A DNA stretch of 43,602 nt. It comes from a virus. Lineage: Duplodnaviria > Heunggongvirae > Uroviricota > Caudoviricetes. The stretch spans positions 1 to 43,602 of IMG/VR virus record IMGVR_UViG_2541047812_000007. One strand, given 5' to 3'. A program made the translations under genes and the position numbers. The notes beneath the pieces are model-generated. The model saw nothing but the letters and a program-made list of their open reading frames with translations. It ran no database searches and was not told where the DNA came from. Positions 35,815 through 43,602 of the stretch are shown piece after piece (positions within the stretch are counted from its first letter, which is position 1; each line of letters opens with the position of its first letter).

Positions 35815-36399
35815 ATGAAAAGTATCCAGGACGTCCGCAGGCAAAATCTCAACGACTTGATCGACCGTGAATTCAATGGTGTTCAGACGCGGATGGCAGA
35901 AAAACTTGGAACTCAGGCAAATCTGGTAAACCGCTGGGCTCTTGGCAAGAAGGTTATCGGCGACCAGGTTGCGCGAAAAATTGAAGCTGCCGCCAATAAA
36001 CCCCGTAACTGGCTTGATATCGATCGCTCGCTTTCTCAGGAAGGTTTTCAGCCTGTCGGCCCAAGCGACATTGGTCAGCTGGCGGCTCACAACCTGGAAC
36101 GCTGGATGAGCGAAAGCCGCGACCTTTCAACACAGGGAAAACTTCACCGCGCATCCGGCGTCGCCCAGGTGACAATCAGCCGCCTGTTAAACAATGAGGT
36201 CAGCGTTTCCATTTCCACCCTGGAGAATGTTGCATCCGCATTCGGGCGTCACGGATATGAACTACTGATTCACCCGCACGACCCTGCGACTATCAACTAT
36301 GACCGCTCACGCTACGCATTGTTACCCGAAACCGAGAAAGCAAAGATCGAAAGTTACATTGAATTTGTCATCAACCAGAACGAAAAAAGCAAACAATAA
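35815..36399 (+). CDS. Prophage repressor with two HTH motifs and no peptidase domain
   Basis: 194 aa; two XRE-type HTH segments; no S24-like autocleavage motifs seen in the C-terminal part. Confidence 0.7.
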   Translation: MKSIQDVRRQNLNDLIDREFNGVQTRMAEKLGTQANLVNRWALGKKVIGDQVARKIEAAANKPRNWLDIDRSLSQEGFQPVGPSDIGQLAAHNLERWMSESRDLSTQGKLHRASGVAQVTISRLLNNEVSVSISTLENVASAFGRHGYELLIHPHDPATINYDRSRYALLPETEKAKIESYIEFVINQNEKSKQ

Positions 36400-36419
36400 A
36401 ACTATATTTTTCAGTAAGT

Positions 36420-36446
36420 AAGCCGCCTCATGGCGGCTTTTTTATT
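36420..36446 (+). terminator. Rho-independent terminator after the repressor gene
   Basis: AAGCCGCC-tcat-GGCGGCTT followed by TTTTTATT. Confidence 0.7.
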
Positions 36447-36456
36447 GCCATCAAGA

Positions 36457-36533
36457 TTACCTTATGGGTAATTTTTTTAACTCATATCTATTGACATCAA
36501 ACCAAATACGCATAATCATTACCTCAACGGTAA
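36457..36533 (+). promoter_or_regulatory. Early promoter region with two operator-like palindromes (PL-like)
   Basis: TTACCTTATGGGTAA (36457-36471), TTGACA at 36491-36496, CATAAT near 36511, TTACCTCAACGGTAA (36519-36533). Confidence 0.45.
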
Positions 36534-36552
36534 CAAGCCGAGGTAACAAGTT

Positions 36553-36702
36553 ATGCAGTGGAAAATCATCAACGGTTGGTACTGCGTTACTGCATGCGGA
36601 TTCATGAGCTGGAAGTTCCGCACCTTACAGGAAGGCATCAAGTGGGCTTTCGTCAGCAAAGAAGCTCGCGATGTGGCAAACGATAACGAGATATGGGAGT
36701 AG
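36553..36702 (+). CDS. Small protein (49 aa), first gene of the rightward early operon
   Basis: ATG downstream of the promoter/operator region; ends 8 nt before the next gene; below the ORF-track cutoff. Confidence 0.35.
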   Translation: MQWKIINGWYCVTACGFMSWKFRTLQEGIKWAFVSKEARDVANDNEIWE

Positions 36703-36710
36703 GTTAGCAA

Positions 36711-37745
36711 ATGAGTGAATTATCAATCATCGAAATCACACCAGACATGGCACCAAGAATTTACGTTGAAAAAGGGCTGGAAAAGTTTCTCGAGCAGATC
36801 CGTGAAGGTGTTAATGAAGTGCCTGACATTAGCACAGACAAAGGCAGAAAGCGCATTGCATCTCTGGCTGCGAAGGTTTCAAGAAGTAAAACAGCGGTAG
36901 AAAAACCAGGACGTGATTATCTGAAACGCCTGAAAGAACAGCCGAAAGTAGTTGAAGCAGAGTTACGACGCTTCGTAACCGAATGCGATCGGCTTCGTGA
37001 TGAAGTACGCCGCCCACTCACCGAGTGGGAAAATGCTGAGAAATTACGCACTGAAGCACTGCAACAACGCCTGACAAATTTGCGAGCACTAGCTGACGTG
37101 ATCGATCTCTCCGGAAACTACTTGCCATCATCTGATATTCAGGAACGAATTCAAGAGGCTAAATCAGTAGCACTTGATGAAAGTTGGCAGGAGTACGCAG
37201 CAGAAGCTGGAGTAGCCAAGGATTCAACCATCAAGAAACTGGAAGAATCACTCGCAGTAGCTCAAAAACGCGAGCATGAAGCCGCTGAGCTGGAGCGACT
37301 TCGCAAAGAAGCGGAGGAAAAAGCGCGCATTGAGCGAGAAGAGAATATCCGACGGGAAGCTGCTGAACAGGCCAGGCTCGAAGCTGAACAAAAAGCGAAA
37401 GCTGAAATTGAGGCTGCGGCACGCCTGGCGGCGGAAGAAAAAGCACGTGCTGAAGTAGCAGAACGTCAGCGAATTGAAGCAGAGCAGCGTGCACGACGCG
37501 AAAAAGAAGAAGCCGTTGCCGAGGAACGCCGACGCCAAGAGGCGGCAGAAAAAGCCCGCCTTGACGAACAGAAGCGTATCGCCGACGAAGAAGCGCGCCG
37601 AGCTGCAGATAAAGAGCATCGCCGTACCGTTAACCGCAGAGTAATCGCAGATCTGATAGCCCAAGGCATTCACGAAGAATTCGCGCAGAAAGCAATGTTG
37701 GCTATCGCTGGCGGCAAAGTGCAGGACGCGTATATCAAATATTGA
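36711..37745 (+). CDS. Hypothetical coiled-coil protein with E/A/R/K-rich repeats
   Basis: 344 aa; long charged segment; upstream of the exonuclease/RecT pair. Confidence 0.6.
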   Translation: MSELSIIEITPDMAPRIYVEKGLEKFLEQIREGVNEVPDISTDKGRKRIASLAAKVSRSKTAVEKPGRDYLKRLKEQPKVVEAELRRFVTECDRLRDEVRRPLTEWENAEKLRTEALQQRLTNLRALADVIDLSGNYLPSSDIQERIQEAKSVALDESWQEYAAEAGVAKDSTIKKLEESLAVAQKREHEAAELERLRKEAEEKARIEREENIRREAAEQARLEAEQKAKAEIEAAARLAAEEKARAEVAERQRIEAEQRARREKEEAVAEERRRQEAAEKARLDEQKRIADEEARRAADKEHRRTVNRRVIADLIAQGIHEEFAQKAMLAIAGGKVQDAYIKY

Positions 37746-37752
37746 GGTGGGT

Positions 37753-38052
37753 ATGAACGTTAATCAGCAGAAAAATCTTCAAAAAATCATGCTGGCATTC
37801 GACAAGGACTACCGCCTGTCAGAACAGCTATATGACCGACAAGTTGAACTGATCGATAGCATCCGGCTTCATCAACTGGCCTCAACTTTTGACGCTGTAA
37901 CAGGCAAAGGAGTTCGCCAGGAAGTACTGGAGGCTGCTAAAGACAGCCCTGAGTTCGAAGAACTGATGGATGCCTACCGGCGAGAGGCAATGGCAATTAT
38001 CGCCCGCTGGGATCTGGCGGATCGGATTGATGGGCAGAGGGAAGCGGCATGA
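37753..38052 (+). CDS. Hypothetical protein (99 aa)
   Basis: ATG after SD GAGGTGG; ATGA overlap with the exonuclease gene. Confidence 0.5.
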   Translation: MNVNQQKNLQKIMLAFDKDYRLSEQLYDRQVELIDSIRLHQLASTFDAVTGKGVRQEVLEAAKDSPEFEELMDAYRREAMAIIARWDLADRIDGQREAA

Positions 38053-38870
38053 AACCGGGAATTTATTTCGACATCAGCAATGAGGACTACCACGCCGGTG
38101 ACGGCGTGAGTAAGTCGCAACTGGACATGGTTGCCAAGAATCCGGCGCTTCTTAAATGGGTTCAGGCAGCACCAGAAGACGAAGAGAAAAAGTCTGCACT
38201 GGATATGGGAACCGCATTGCACTGCCTGCTTCTGGAGCCTGGAGAGTTCGACAAACGCTTCATTGTTTCACCGAAATTCGATCGTCGGACGAAACAAGGT
38301 AAAGCTGACGAAGAAGCATTTCTTCGTGATGTAGCGGATATGGGGATTACGGTACTTGATGCCGAGCAGTGGCGGAAACTGGAGCTGATGCGTGATAGCG
38401 CAATGGCTCACCCGGCGGCACGCTGGATGCTGGAAGCACCTGGTTACTGCGAAGCATCAATGTACTGGAATGATGAAGAGACTGGTGAGTTGTGCCGCAT
38501 TCGTCCAGACAAATGGCTGAACGAGCACAACGTGATCGTCGACGTGAAAAAGGTTGCAGATATGGACCGTTTTGCACGCCACATCGAGGAATTCCGCTAC
38601 CACGTGCAGGACGCAATGTACCGCGAAGGCGCAATGAGGGTTACTGGTCAGCCGCATGGTTTTTTCTTTCTTGCCGTGAGCGAAAGCATTGATTGTGGTC
38701 GGTATCCGGTACGCGTGTTCGAGCTGGATGCGCCGGATGTCGATGCCGGGCACGCTCTGTTCCGCCGGGATCTGAATACCTATCACGAATGCCGCATCAA
38801 CGATGAGTGGGGCGGAGTGGAAATTATTAAACGCCCTGACTGGGCACGTAAACAGGATATGTACGTATGA
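38049..38870 (+). CDS. PD-(D/E)XK recombination exonuclease (RecE-like)
   Basis: Pattern MKPGIYFDISNEDYH...ALHCLLLEPGEF...DVKK typical of phage PDDEXK exonucleases paired with RecT. Confidence 0.75.
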   Translation: MKPGIYFDISNEDYHAGDGVSKSQLDMVAKNPALLKWVQAAPEDEEKKSALDMGTALHCLLLEPGEFDKRFIVSPKFDRRTKQGKADEEAFLRDVADMGITVLDAEQWRKLELMRDSAMAHPAARWMLEAPGYCEASMYWNDEETGELCRIRPDKWLNEHNVIVDVKKVADMDRFARHIEEFRYHVQDAMYREGAMRVTGQPHGFFFLAVSESIDCGRYPVRVFELDAPDVDAGHALFRRDLNTYHECRINDEWGGVEIIKRPDWARKQDMYV

Positions 38871-39748
38871 GCAATGATATCGCAATCACATCACAACCAG
38901 GCGCAACTGTAGGTACTGCTGCGGCAATCTTCAGCCCGGAGGGCATGAATCAACTGGTGCGTTTCGCGGAGTTGATGTCACAAAGCAAAGCGACTGTACC
39001 GAAACATCTTGAAGGCAAACCTGCCGATTGTCTGGCGGTGACCATGCAGGCGGCACAGTGGGGAATGAACCCTTTCGCCGTGGCGCAGAAAACGCATGTG
39101 GTAAACGGAACGTTAGGCTACGAAGCACAGTTGGTAAACGCGGTCGTATCCTCTTCCAGCCTGCTAGCGACACGCCTGAATTATCGCTGGAGCGGTGACT
39201 GGTCGAATGTTAACGGCAAAACAGATAAATCACCGAATCTGACGGTAACTGTGTCAGCAGTTCTTAAAGGAGAAGCAGAACCCCGTGAGCTTACCATCAG
39301 TATGGCGCAAGCCGGAGTGCGTAACTCTCCATTGTGGGAACAGGATCCGCGCCAGCAGCTTGCCTATCTTTGCACGAAACGATGGGCTCGCCTGCACGCT
39401 CCTGATGTGCTTCTCGGTGTTTACACCCCTGACGAATTACAGGAAACGGCACCGCGCGTTGAGCGAGACATTACTCCGCAAACGACTACTGCTGCGGGAA
39501 TGAACAGTCTGATCAACGCTAAACCAGTGAAAAAGCATGATGAGCAAACGCGTAAAGCGGATAGCCGTGATCCAGAAGAAATGCTGATGGCCTTTACCAG
39601 CGCAGCGATGAATTACAGCACTGTCTCCGAACTGGATAAGGCTTACAAATACATTGCACAAAAACTTTCAGATGATGACGAACTGCTGGCAAAAGCCACC
39701 GACGTTTACAGCGTTCGTCGGGAAGAATTAAACGAAACATCTATGTAA
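38867..39748 (+). CDS. recT: RecT-family single-strand annealing protein
   Basis: RecT-like blocks (MNPFAVAQKTHVVNG, YEAQLVNAVV); coupled to the exonuclease gene. Confidence 0.8.
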   Translation: MSNDIAITSQPGATVGTAAAIFSPEGMNQLVRFAELMSQSKATVPKHLEGKPADCLAVTMQAAQWGMNPFAVAQKTHVVNGTLGYEAQLVNAVVSSSSLLATRLNYRWSGDWSNVNGKTDKSPNLTVTVSAVLKGEAEPRELTISMAQAGVRNSPLWEQDPRQQLAYLCTKRWARLHAPDVLLGVYTPDELQETAPRVERDITPQTTTAAGMNSLINAKPVKKHDEQTRKADSRDPEEMLMAFTSAAMNYSTVSELDKAYKYIAQKLSDDDELLAKATDVYSVRREELNETSM

Positions 39749-39797
39749 CCACCACCGCGGCGCCACACGCGCCGCACTGCAACCAAGAGAGGTATTT

Positions 39798-40046
39798 ATG
39801 AAAGGTGCATTAGGTAAGAAGGAACTCCTGGCGGTGGTGCCACTGTCATGGAGCACTATCGACCGTATGGAGCGCGCAGGGGAATTTCCTAAACGCTGGT
39901 ATATCACTGACAAACGCTGCGCATGGAACCGTGACGAAGTTGAGCGTTGGCTTGATGAACGTCAGGCAGCAAGCCCGGCAGAGTTCCAGGGTAAAAAACC
40001 TCCTGTTCAGCAACGTGTATATCGTCCCGTGAGCAACGCTGCATGA
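39798..40046 (+). CDS. AlpA-family HTH protein (regulator or excisionase-like)
   Basis: 82 aa with AlpA-like pattern GEFPK...W...EVERWL. Confidence 0.65.
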   Translation: MKGALGKKELLAVVPLSWSTIDRMERAGEFPKRWYITDKRCAWNRDEVERWLDERQAASPAEFQGKKPPVQQRVYRPVSNAA

Positions 40047-40155
40047 GTGCGCTGCTAAGGCACTGGATCAAATGGTCAGGATGGTACTTATTCCTGGCCT
40101 CTGTTTCAGCATGGCTTTATCTGCTGGCATTAATTTTCAGAGAGGGTTGGATTAA

Positions 40156-40455
40156 GTGAGAAAGTTAAGCCGACTTGAAAAATATCACATGAATAAGGTT
40201 TCAATGCGCAGTCCGTCAAAGATTGTCGCCGTTACTCCTGCGGCGATAGAGATCGAAAAACGCGCGATTGAAAGAGAGAAAAAAGGGCAGTTCCGCATTG
40301 CCGCTCACCTTTGGCTTCAGTGTATGGATGTTGCTTCTGGTGATGTTGAGCGTGCAAGGATCGCGGTTCGCAGGGACCAATGTATCACAAAAGGTAACGG
40401 CCTTCGCCGTGGAGACTATAGCGGTATAGGATGTTGCGGGGTGGTTTATGACTAA
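40156..40455 (+). CDS. Hypothetical protein, possibly PerC-like regulator
   Basis: GTG start after SD GAGGG; segment GQFRIAAHLWLQCMDV resembles the PerC-family core; weak assignment. Confidence 0.4.
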   Translation: MRKLSRLEKYHMNKVSMRSPSKIVAVTPAAIEIEKRAIEREKKGQFRIAAHLWLQCMDVASGDVERARIAVRRDQCITKGNGLRRGDYSGIGCCGVVYD

Positions 40456-41098
40456 GAAATACACACTAATCTATGCAGATCCACCCTGGGTATACCGGGA
40501 CAAAGCCGCAGATGGTAATCGCGGTGCCGGTTTTAAATATCCGGTTATGAGTGTGATGGATATCTGCCGCCTTCCTGTGTGGGATTTGGCCGATGAAAAC
40601 TGTCTGTTGGCCATGTGGTGGGTGCCAACACAACCACTCGAAGCACTAAAAGTTGTTGAAGCCTGGGGGTTCCGTCTGATGACCATGAAGGGCTTCACGT
40701 GGATAAAATGTGGTAGTCGACAACCAGATAAACTGGTTATGGGTATGGGACACATGACTCGCGCCAATAGTGAAGATTGCCTGTTTGCAGTTAAGGGAAA
40801 ACTACCTCCGCGCATTAATGCAGGGATCGTTCAGTCATTTACCGCACCGCGGCTTGAGCATTCAAGAAAACCAGATGTCGTTCGTGAAAAACTTGTGCAA
40901 TTGTTAGGCGATGTTTCTCGCATTGAACTGTTCGCCCGCCAGACGTCTCATGGCTTCGATGTTTGGGGTAATCAGTGCGAAGACCCGGCAGTGCAACTAC
41001 ACCCCGGATACGCGTTGGATATTGGCGGATTAACAAATGCATTCAGCAATGCTCCGCTGTCACCAACAGACAACCAGGGACGGGAGCGTGCAGCATGA
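40448..41098 (+). CDS. MT-A70 family N6-adenine DNA methyltransferase
   Basis: Catalytic DPPW motif in IYADPPWVY; typical size. Confidence 0.85.
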   Translation: MTKKYTLIYADPPWVYRDKAADGNRGAGFKYPVMSVMDICRLPVWDLADENCLLAMWWVPTQPLEALKVVEAWGFRLMTMKGFTWIKCGSRQPDKLVMGMGHMTRANSEDCLFAVKGKLPPRINAGIVQSFTAPRLEHSRKPDVVREKLVQLLGDVSRIELFARQTSHGFDVWGNQCEDPAVQLHPGYALDIGGLTNAFSNAPLSPTDNQGRERAA

Positions 41099-41343
41099 AG
41101 CAGATTATGGTTGCACACAACGGCGTCAGGTTTGAAGTCGTCATGGTTTTGACTAAGTTCCACAATGATGAGGTATTGCACAGAAAAGAAACTGTAACTT
41201 ACCGTTATAAACACCGCAGTTCAGCTGTTAGAAAATTACGGAAGATTGCGGAAGAACTAAAAAATGATCCTCATCGTGTTATTGAGGTAAAAGGCAACCC
41301 ATATAAAATCAAAACTTCAGTGGAGCTAAGACATATGCAATAA
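41095..41343 (+). CDS. Hypothetical protein (82 aa)
   Basis: ATG overlapping the methyltransferase stop (ATGA). Confidence 0.5.
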   Translation: MKQIMVAHNGVRFEVVMVLTKFHNDEVLHRKETVTYRYKHRSSAVRKLRKIAEELKNDPHRVIEVKGNPYKIKTSVELRHMQ

Positions 41344-41667
41344 AATCACGCCTGACGAATCGCGATTATCTCGCTATTGGTATTGCAGAGATTGCTGGAC
41401 TCAATGGCGCATGATTTGACAATGCCGCCAGAGCTATCGCATACTGACCGCACTAGAAAACAAACAGCGGTCATCCGCACCCGATAGCTTTGCGGCTTTT
41501 TTATGCCTGCAATCTGGCATAGTCACATCCGTACAAAGGTCGGGTGGAGAGGCGTAATACAACACCCGAAAGGGGAATATGCCCGGAGCTACTGTTTGTG
41601 CTCTAGTTGACACCCGATCACCAGCTACTAACTGGTTTTCGTAACTAAAAACAAACAGGAGGTCATC

Positions 41668-42318
41668 ATGACCAGTCAACTCATCCCCGTATTCAACGGC
41701 ACTATATCCAACGAAACCGCTCTTCTCGTTAATGCCCGTGATTTACACACTTTCCTCGATGTGGGTAAGCGATTTGCTTCGTGGATTGTCGAACGAATTG
41801 CTGAATATGGTTTCGTTGAAAATCAAGACTTTATGATTATTTCCCAAGTTCGGGAAAAAATAGGCAGAGGCCGTCCTGCAAAAGACTACCACCTCACCCT
41901 CGATACAGCCAAAGAGCTGGCGATGGTCGAGCGTAATGAAAAAGGTCGTCAGGTACGACGCTACTTCATTGAATGCGAGAAACGTTTAAGACAACAAGAA
42001 ACAAAAGTGGAGAAGGTCTTGTCAGGCTTCATGCCCGCCATTATGGAGGCGATCAAGCTGGAAGACAAAAAAGAATACAGTGCCCCACTGAAGCCCGGCT
42101 ACCGCAGCCTGATTCACTCGCCGTCTGGTGTTCTCGGCCTGACGGAGCGCTCACTGCTGATGAATCTGCTGAACCAGTTACAGGACGACGGGCACGACGT
42201 ATCGGGCGCGGCGGCGGAGCTGACCACCATGTTCTGCTACATCGTCGGTGTGAGCAAATGCCTGCGTGATATCCAGACTCACGCGGAGTACATCAACGAC
42301 AAGGCAGGGTTCTTCTGA
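41668..42318 (+). CDS. Antirepressor, AntA-like N-terminal domain plus shared C-terminal domain
   Basis: Strong SD AGGAGG; N-terminal pattern DLHTFLDVGKRFASWIVERIAEYGFVENQDF; C-terminal ~80 aa shared with 7275-7970 and 9088-10026. Confidence 0.8.
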   Translation: MTSQLIPVFNGTISNETALLVNARDLHTFLDVGKRFASWIVERIAEYGFVENQDFMIISQVREKIGRGRPAKDYHLTLDTAKELAMVERNEKGRQVRRYFIECEKRLRQQETKVEKVLSGFMPAIMEAIKLEDKKEYSAPLKPGYRSLIHSPSGVLGLTERSLLMNLLNQLQDDGHDVSGAAAELTTMFCYIVGVSKCLRDIQTHAEYINDKAGFF

Positions 42319-42341
42319 CAGAACGGCGGCACAGGGATGTG
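42073..42341 (+). repeat. Copy 3 of the ~260-bp antirepressor 3' repeat
   Basis: Differs from copy 1 at only a few positions. Confidence 0.8.
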
Positions 42342-42351
42342 TCGGGCAAAA

Positions 42352-43602
42352 TTATTCCCCCGCTATCCACTTCTCAAACTTCGACGGGGAGAACGGAATC
42401 AGATCTGTATGCTCCCCGTTAATCCAGGAATCAATCATATCGGCCCACTGCTGCAACATGTAGGCGCGCTGTCTGGCGTATTCCGCTTTGTTATATACGG
42501 CGCGCACACCTTTCTGCTCATGTGCCAGAGCCTTTTCAATCCAGTCTGAAGGATAACCAGCCTCATGCAACAACGTACTGGCTGTACGGCGCATATCATG
42601 TACAGTGAAGTCCTGAATATGCTCACCATCTTCATTTATTATTTTCACCGTTCTGTCGATCAGAGAGTTCAGCGCGGCATTAGATAATGGCTTCCGGAAA
42701 TTGTAACGACCAGGAACCAGATATTCACTTCCACCAGCGCACATCTGCAACCCGACCAATATATCCTGTGCCTGTTTAGGCAGGTAAATAACGTGCGCCC
42801 GGCTTCCCTTCATGCGGTCTGGAGGAATTGTCCATGTCCATTTTTTAAAATCTATTTCATCCCACGTTGCATTGGTGAATTCGCCCTTACGAACCATAGT
42901 GATAAGCACCAGTTTTAAAGCCATTTTCATAGTGCCCATAGCACCAATGGCATCCAGCGTACGGAAGAACAGGCCAATTTCTTCTGGTGTCAGTGTTCGC
43001 TCTCGTGGTTTAAATATGGCGATAGACGAAGGTTTAATGTCAGCCGCAGGATTAAACAAACCATGACCACGGTCATTGGCGTGACGGTATACGCTGCTGA
43101 TGATCTCCCTTGCCTGTACTGCTGTTGCCCGACCACCGCGTTCGACAATCCGGTCACACAAATCACGAACCATCGATGTGGTAATTTCAGCCATCATTTT
43201 GTTGCCAAGAACCGGAAGTATGTCACGGTCGATCACTGCCTGCTTCATTGCGCGGGTACTTTCAGCCAGGATGACGTGTTTCATATAACTGTCGGTATGT
43301 ACCGCAAACGTCTCGGCACCACGAATCTTTTTGATACCGTCACGTTTAGCCGCAGCCGGCGACTGGCCTGCTTTAAGCAGCTTCTTTGCAGCAATCAGTT
43401 CTTCTCGCGCTTCTGCCAGGCTGATACCGTCACGCCCATACTGCCCGATTACCAGTGTTTCGCGGCGACCGTTGATACGGTAGTCATAGCGAAACGAGAC
43501 CGTGCCTGACGTAAGCACAGCTACATACAGCCCGTCACGATCGGAGACCTTGTACAGTTTGTCCTGCGGCTTGAGGTTTTTTAATTTTGTATCGGTAAGC
43601 AC
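42352..43602 (-). CDS. int: Tyrosine integrase (P4-type)
   Basis: C-terminal catalytic residues (HDMRRT, LAHE, conserved Tyr region); start codon sits at the window edge, so the true start may lie outside. Confidence 0.9.
   Translation of the reverse strand: MLTDTKLKNLKPQDKLYKVSDRDGLYVAVLTSGTVSFRYDYRINGRRETLVIGQYGRDGISLAEAREELIAAKKLLKAGQSPAAAKRDGIKKIRGAETFAVHTDSYMKHVILAESTRAMKQAVIDRDILPVLGNKMMAEITTSMVRDLCDRIVERGGRATAVQAREIISSVYRHANDRGHGLFNPAADIKPSSIAIFKPRERTLTPEEIGLFFRTLDAIGAMGTMKMALKLVLITMVRKGEFTNATWDEIDFKKWTWTIPPDRMKGSRAHVIYLPKQAQDILVGLQMCAGGSEYLVPGRYNFRKPLSNAALNSLIDRTVKIINEDGEHIQDFTVHDMRRTASTLLHEAGYPSDWIEKALAHEQKGVRAVYNKAEYARQRAYMLQQWADMIDSWINGEHTDLIPFSPSKFEKWIAGE

Larger units (their letters stand above)
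1142..43602. mobile_element. Temperate prophage (podovirus-type virion module plus lambdoid early region); right end lies beyond the window
   Basis: Contiguous lysis, tailspike, virion, terminase, replication, immunity, recombination and integrase genes; left boundary inferred between the host terminator (1141) and the Rz stop (1268). Confidence 0.8.

Noticed and set aside
35815-36399. LexA-type autocleavable (S24) repressor
   Set aside because: No Ala-Gly/Ser-Lys peptidase motifs seen in the C-terminal part; the protein instead has a second HTH.
37231-37673. Antisense and out-of-frame ORFs inside the coiled-coil gene (37231-37494, 37248-37673, 37276-37458, 37466-37669)
   Set aside because: Artefacts of the repetitive GAA/GCG-rich coding sequence of 36711-37745.
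1-43602. CRISPR array
   Set aside because: No regularly spaced short direct repeats were seen; the repeats present are operator palindromes and gene-end duplications.

Overview
This window is almost entirely one temperate prophage (about 1.14 kb to the window end at 43.6 kb, continuing beyond it), flanked on the left by two probable host genes for exported proteins (1-1071). All calls are from reading the sequence and the supplied ORF track; no database search was run. Left to right: a minus-strand lysis cassette (two holin-like proteins, GH19 endolysin, Rz with embedded Rz1); a 1038-aa tailspike with a T7 gp17-like N-terminus, two sialidase Asp-boxes and a C-terminal chaperone-like domain; an accessory region with four antirepressor-domain genes (one behind a LexA box), AT-rich moron cassettes and a P22 immI-like mnt/arc/ant module; a podovirus virion module (internal virion proteins including a lytic transglycosylase, gp12-like and gp11-like tail tube proteins, capsid, scaffold, portal); a plus-strand tRNA-Arg(UCU) island between portal and terminase; terL/terS; a nin-like region; lambda O/P-like replication genes; a cro/repressor immunity region; a RecE-like exonuclease/RecT module; an MT-A70 methyltransferase; and a P4-type integrase at the right edge. 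Strongest leads for something new: a 15-bp palindrome TTACC-N5-GGTAA found at 12 regulatory positions, a repressor with no peptidase domain paired with a LexA-controlled mini-antirepressor, a promoter-to-terminator unit that looks like an sRNA, and two AT-rich cassettes (8173-8759 and 10387-11472) that are candidate exclusion/defence or toxin-antitoxin modules.
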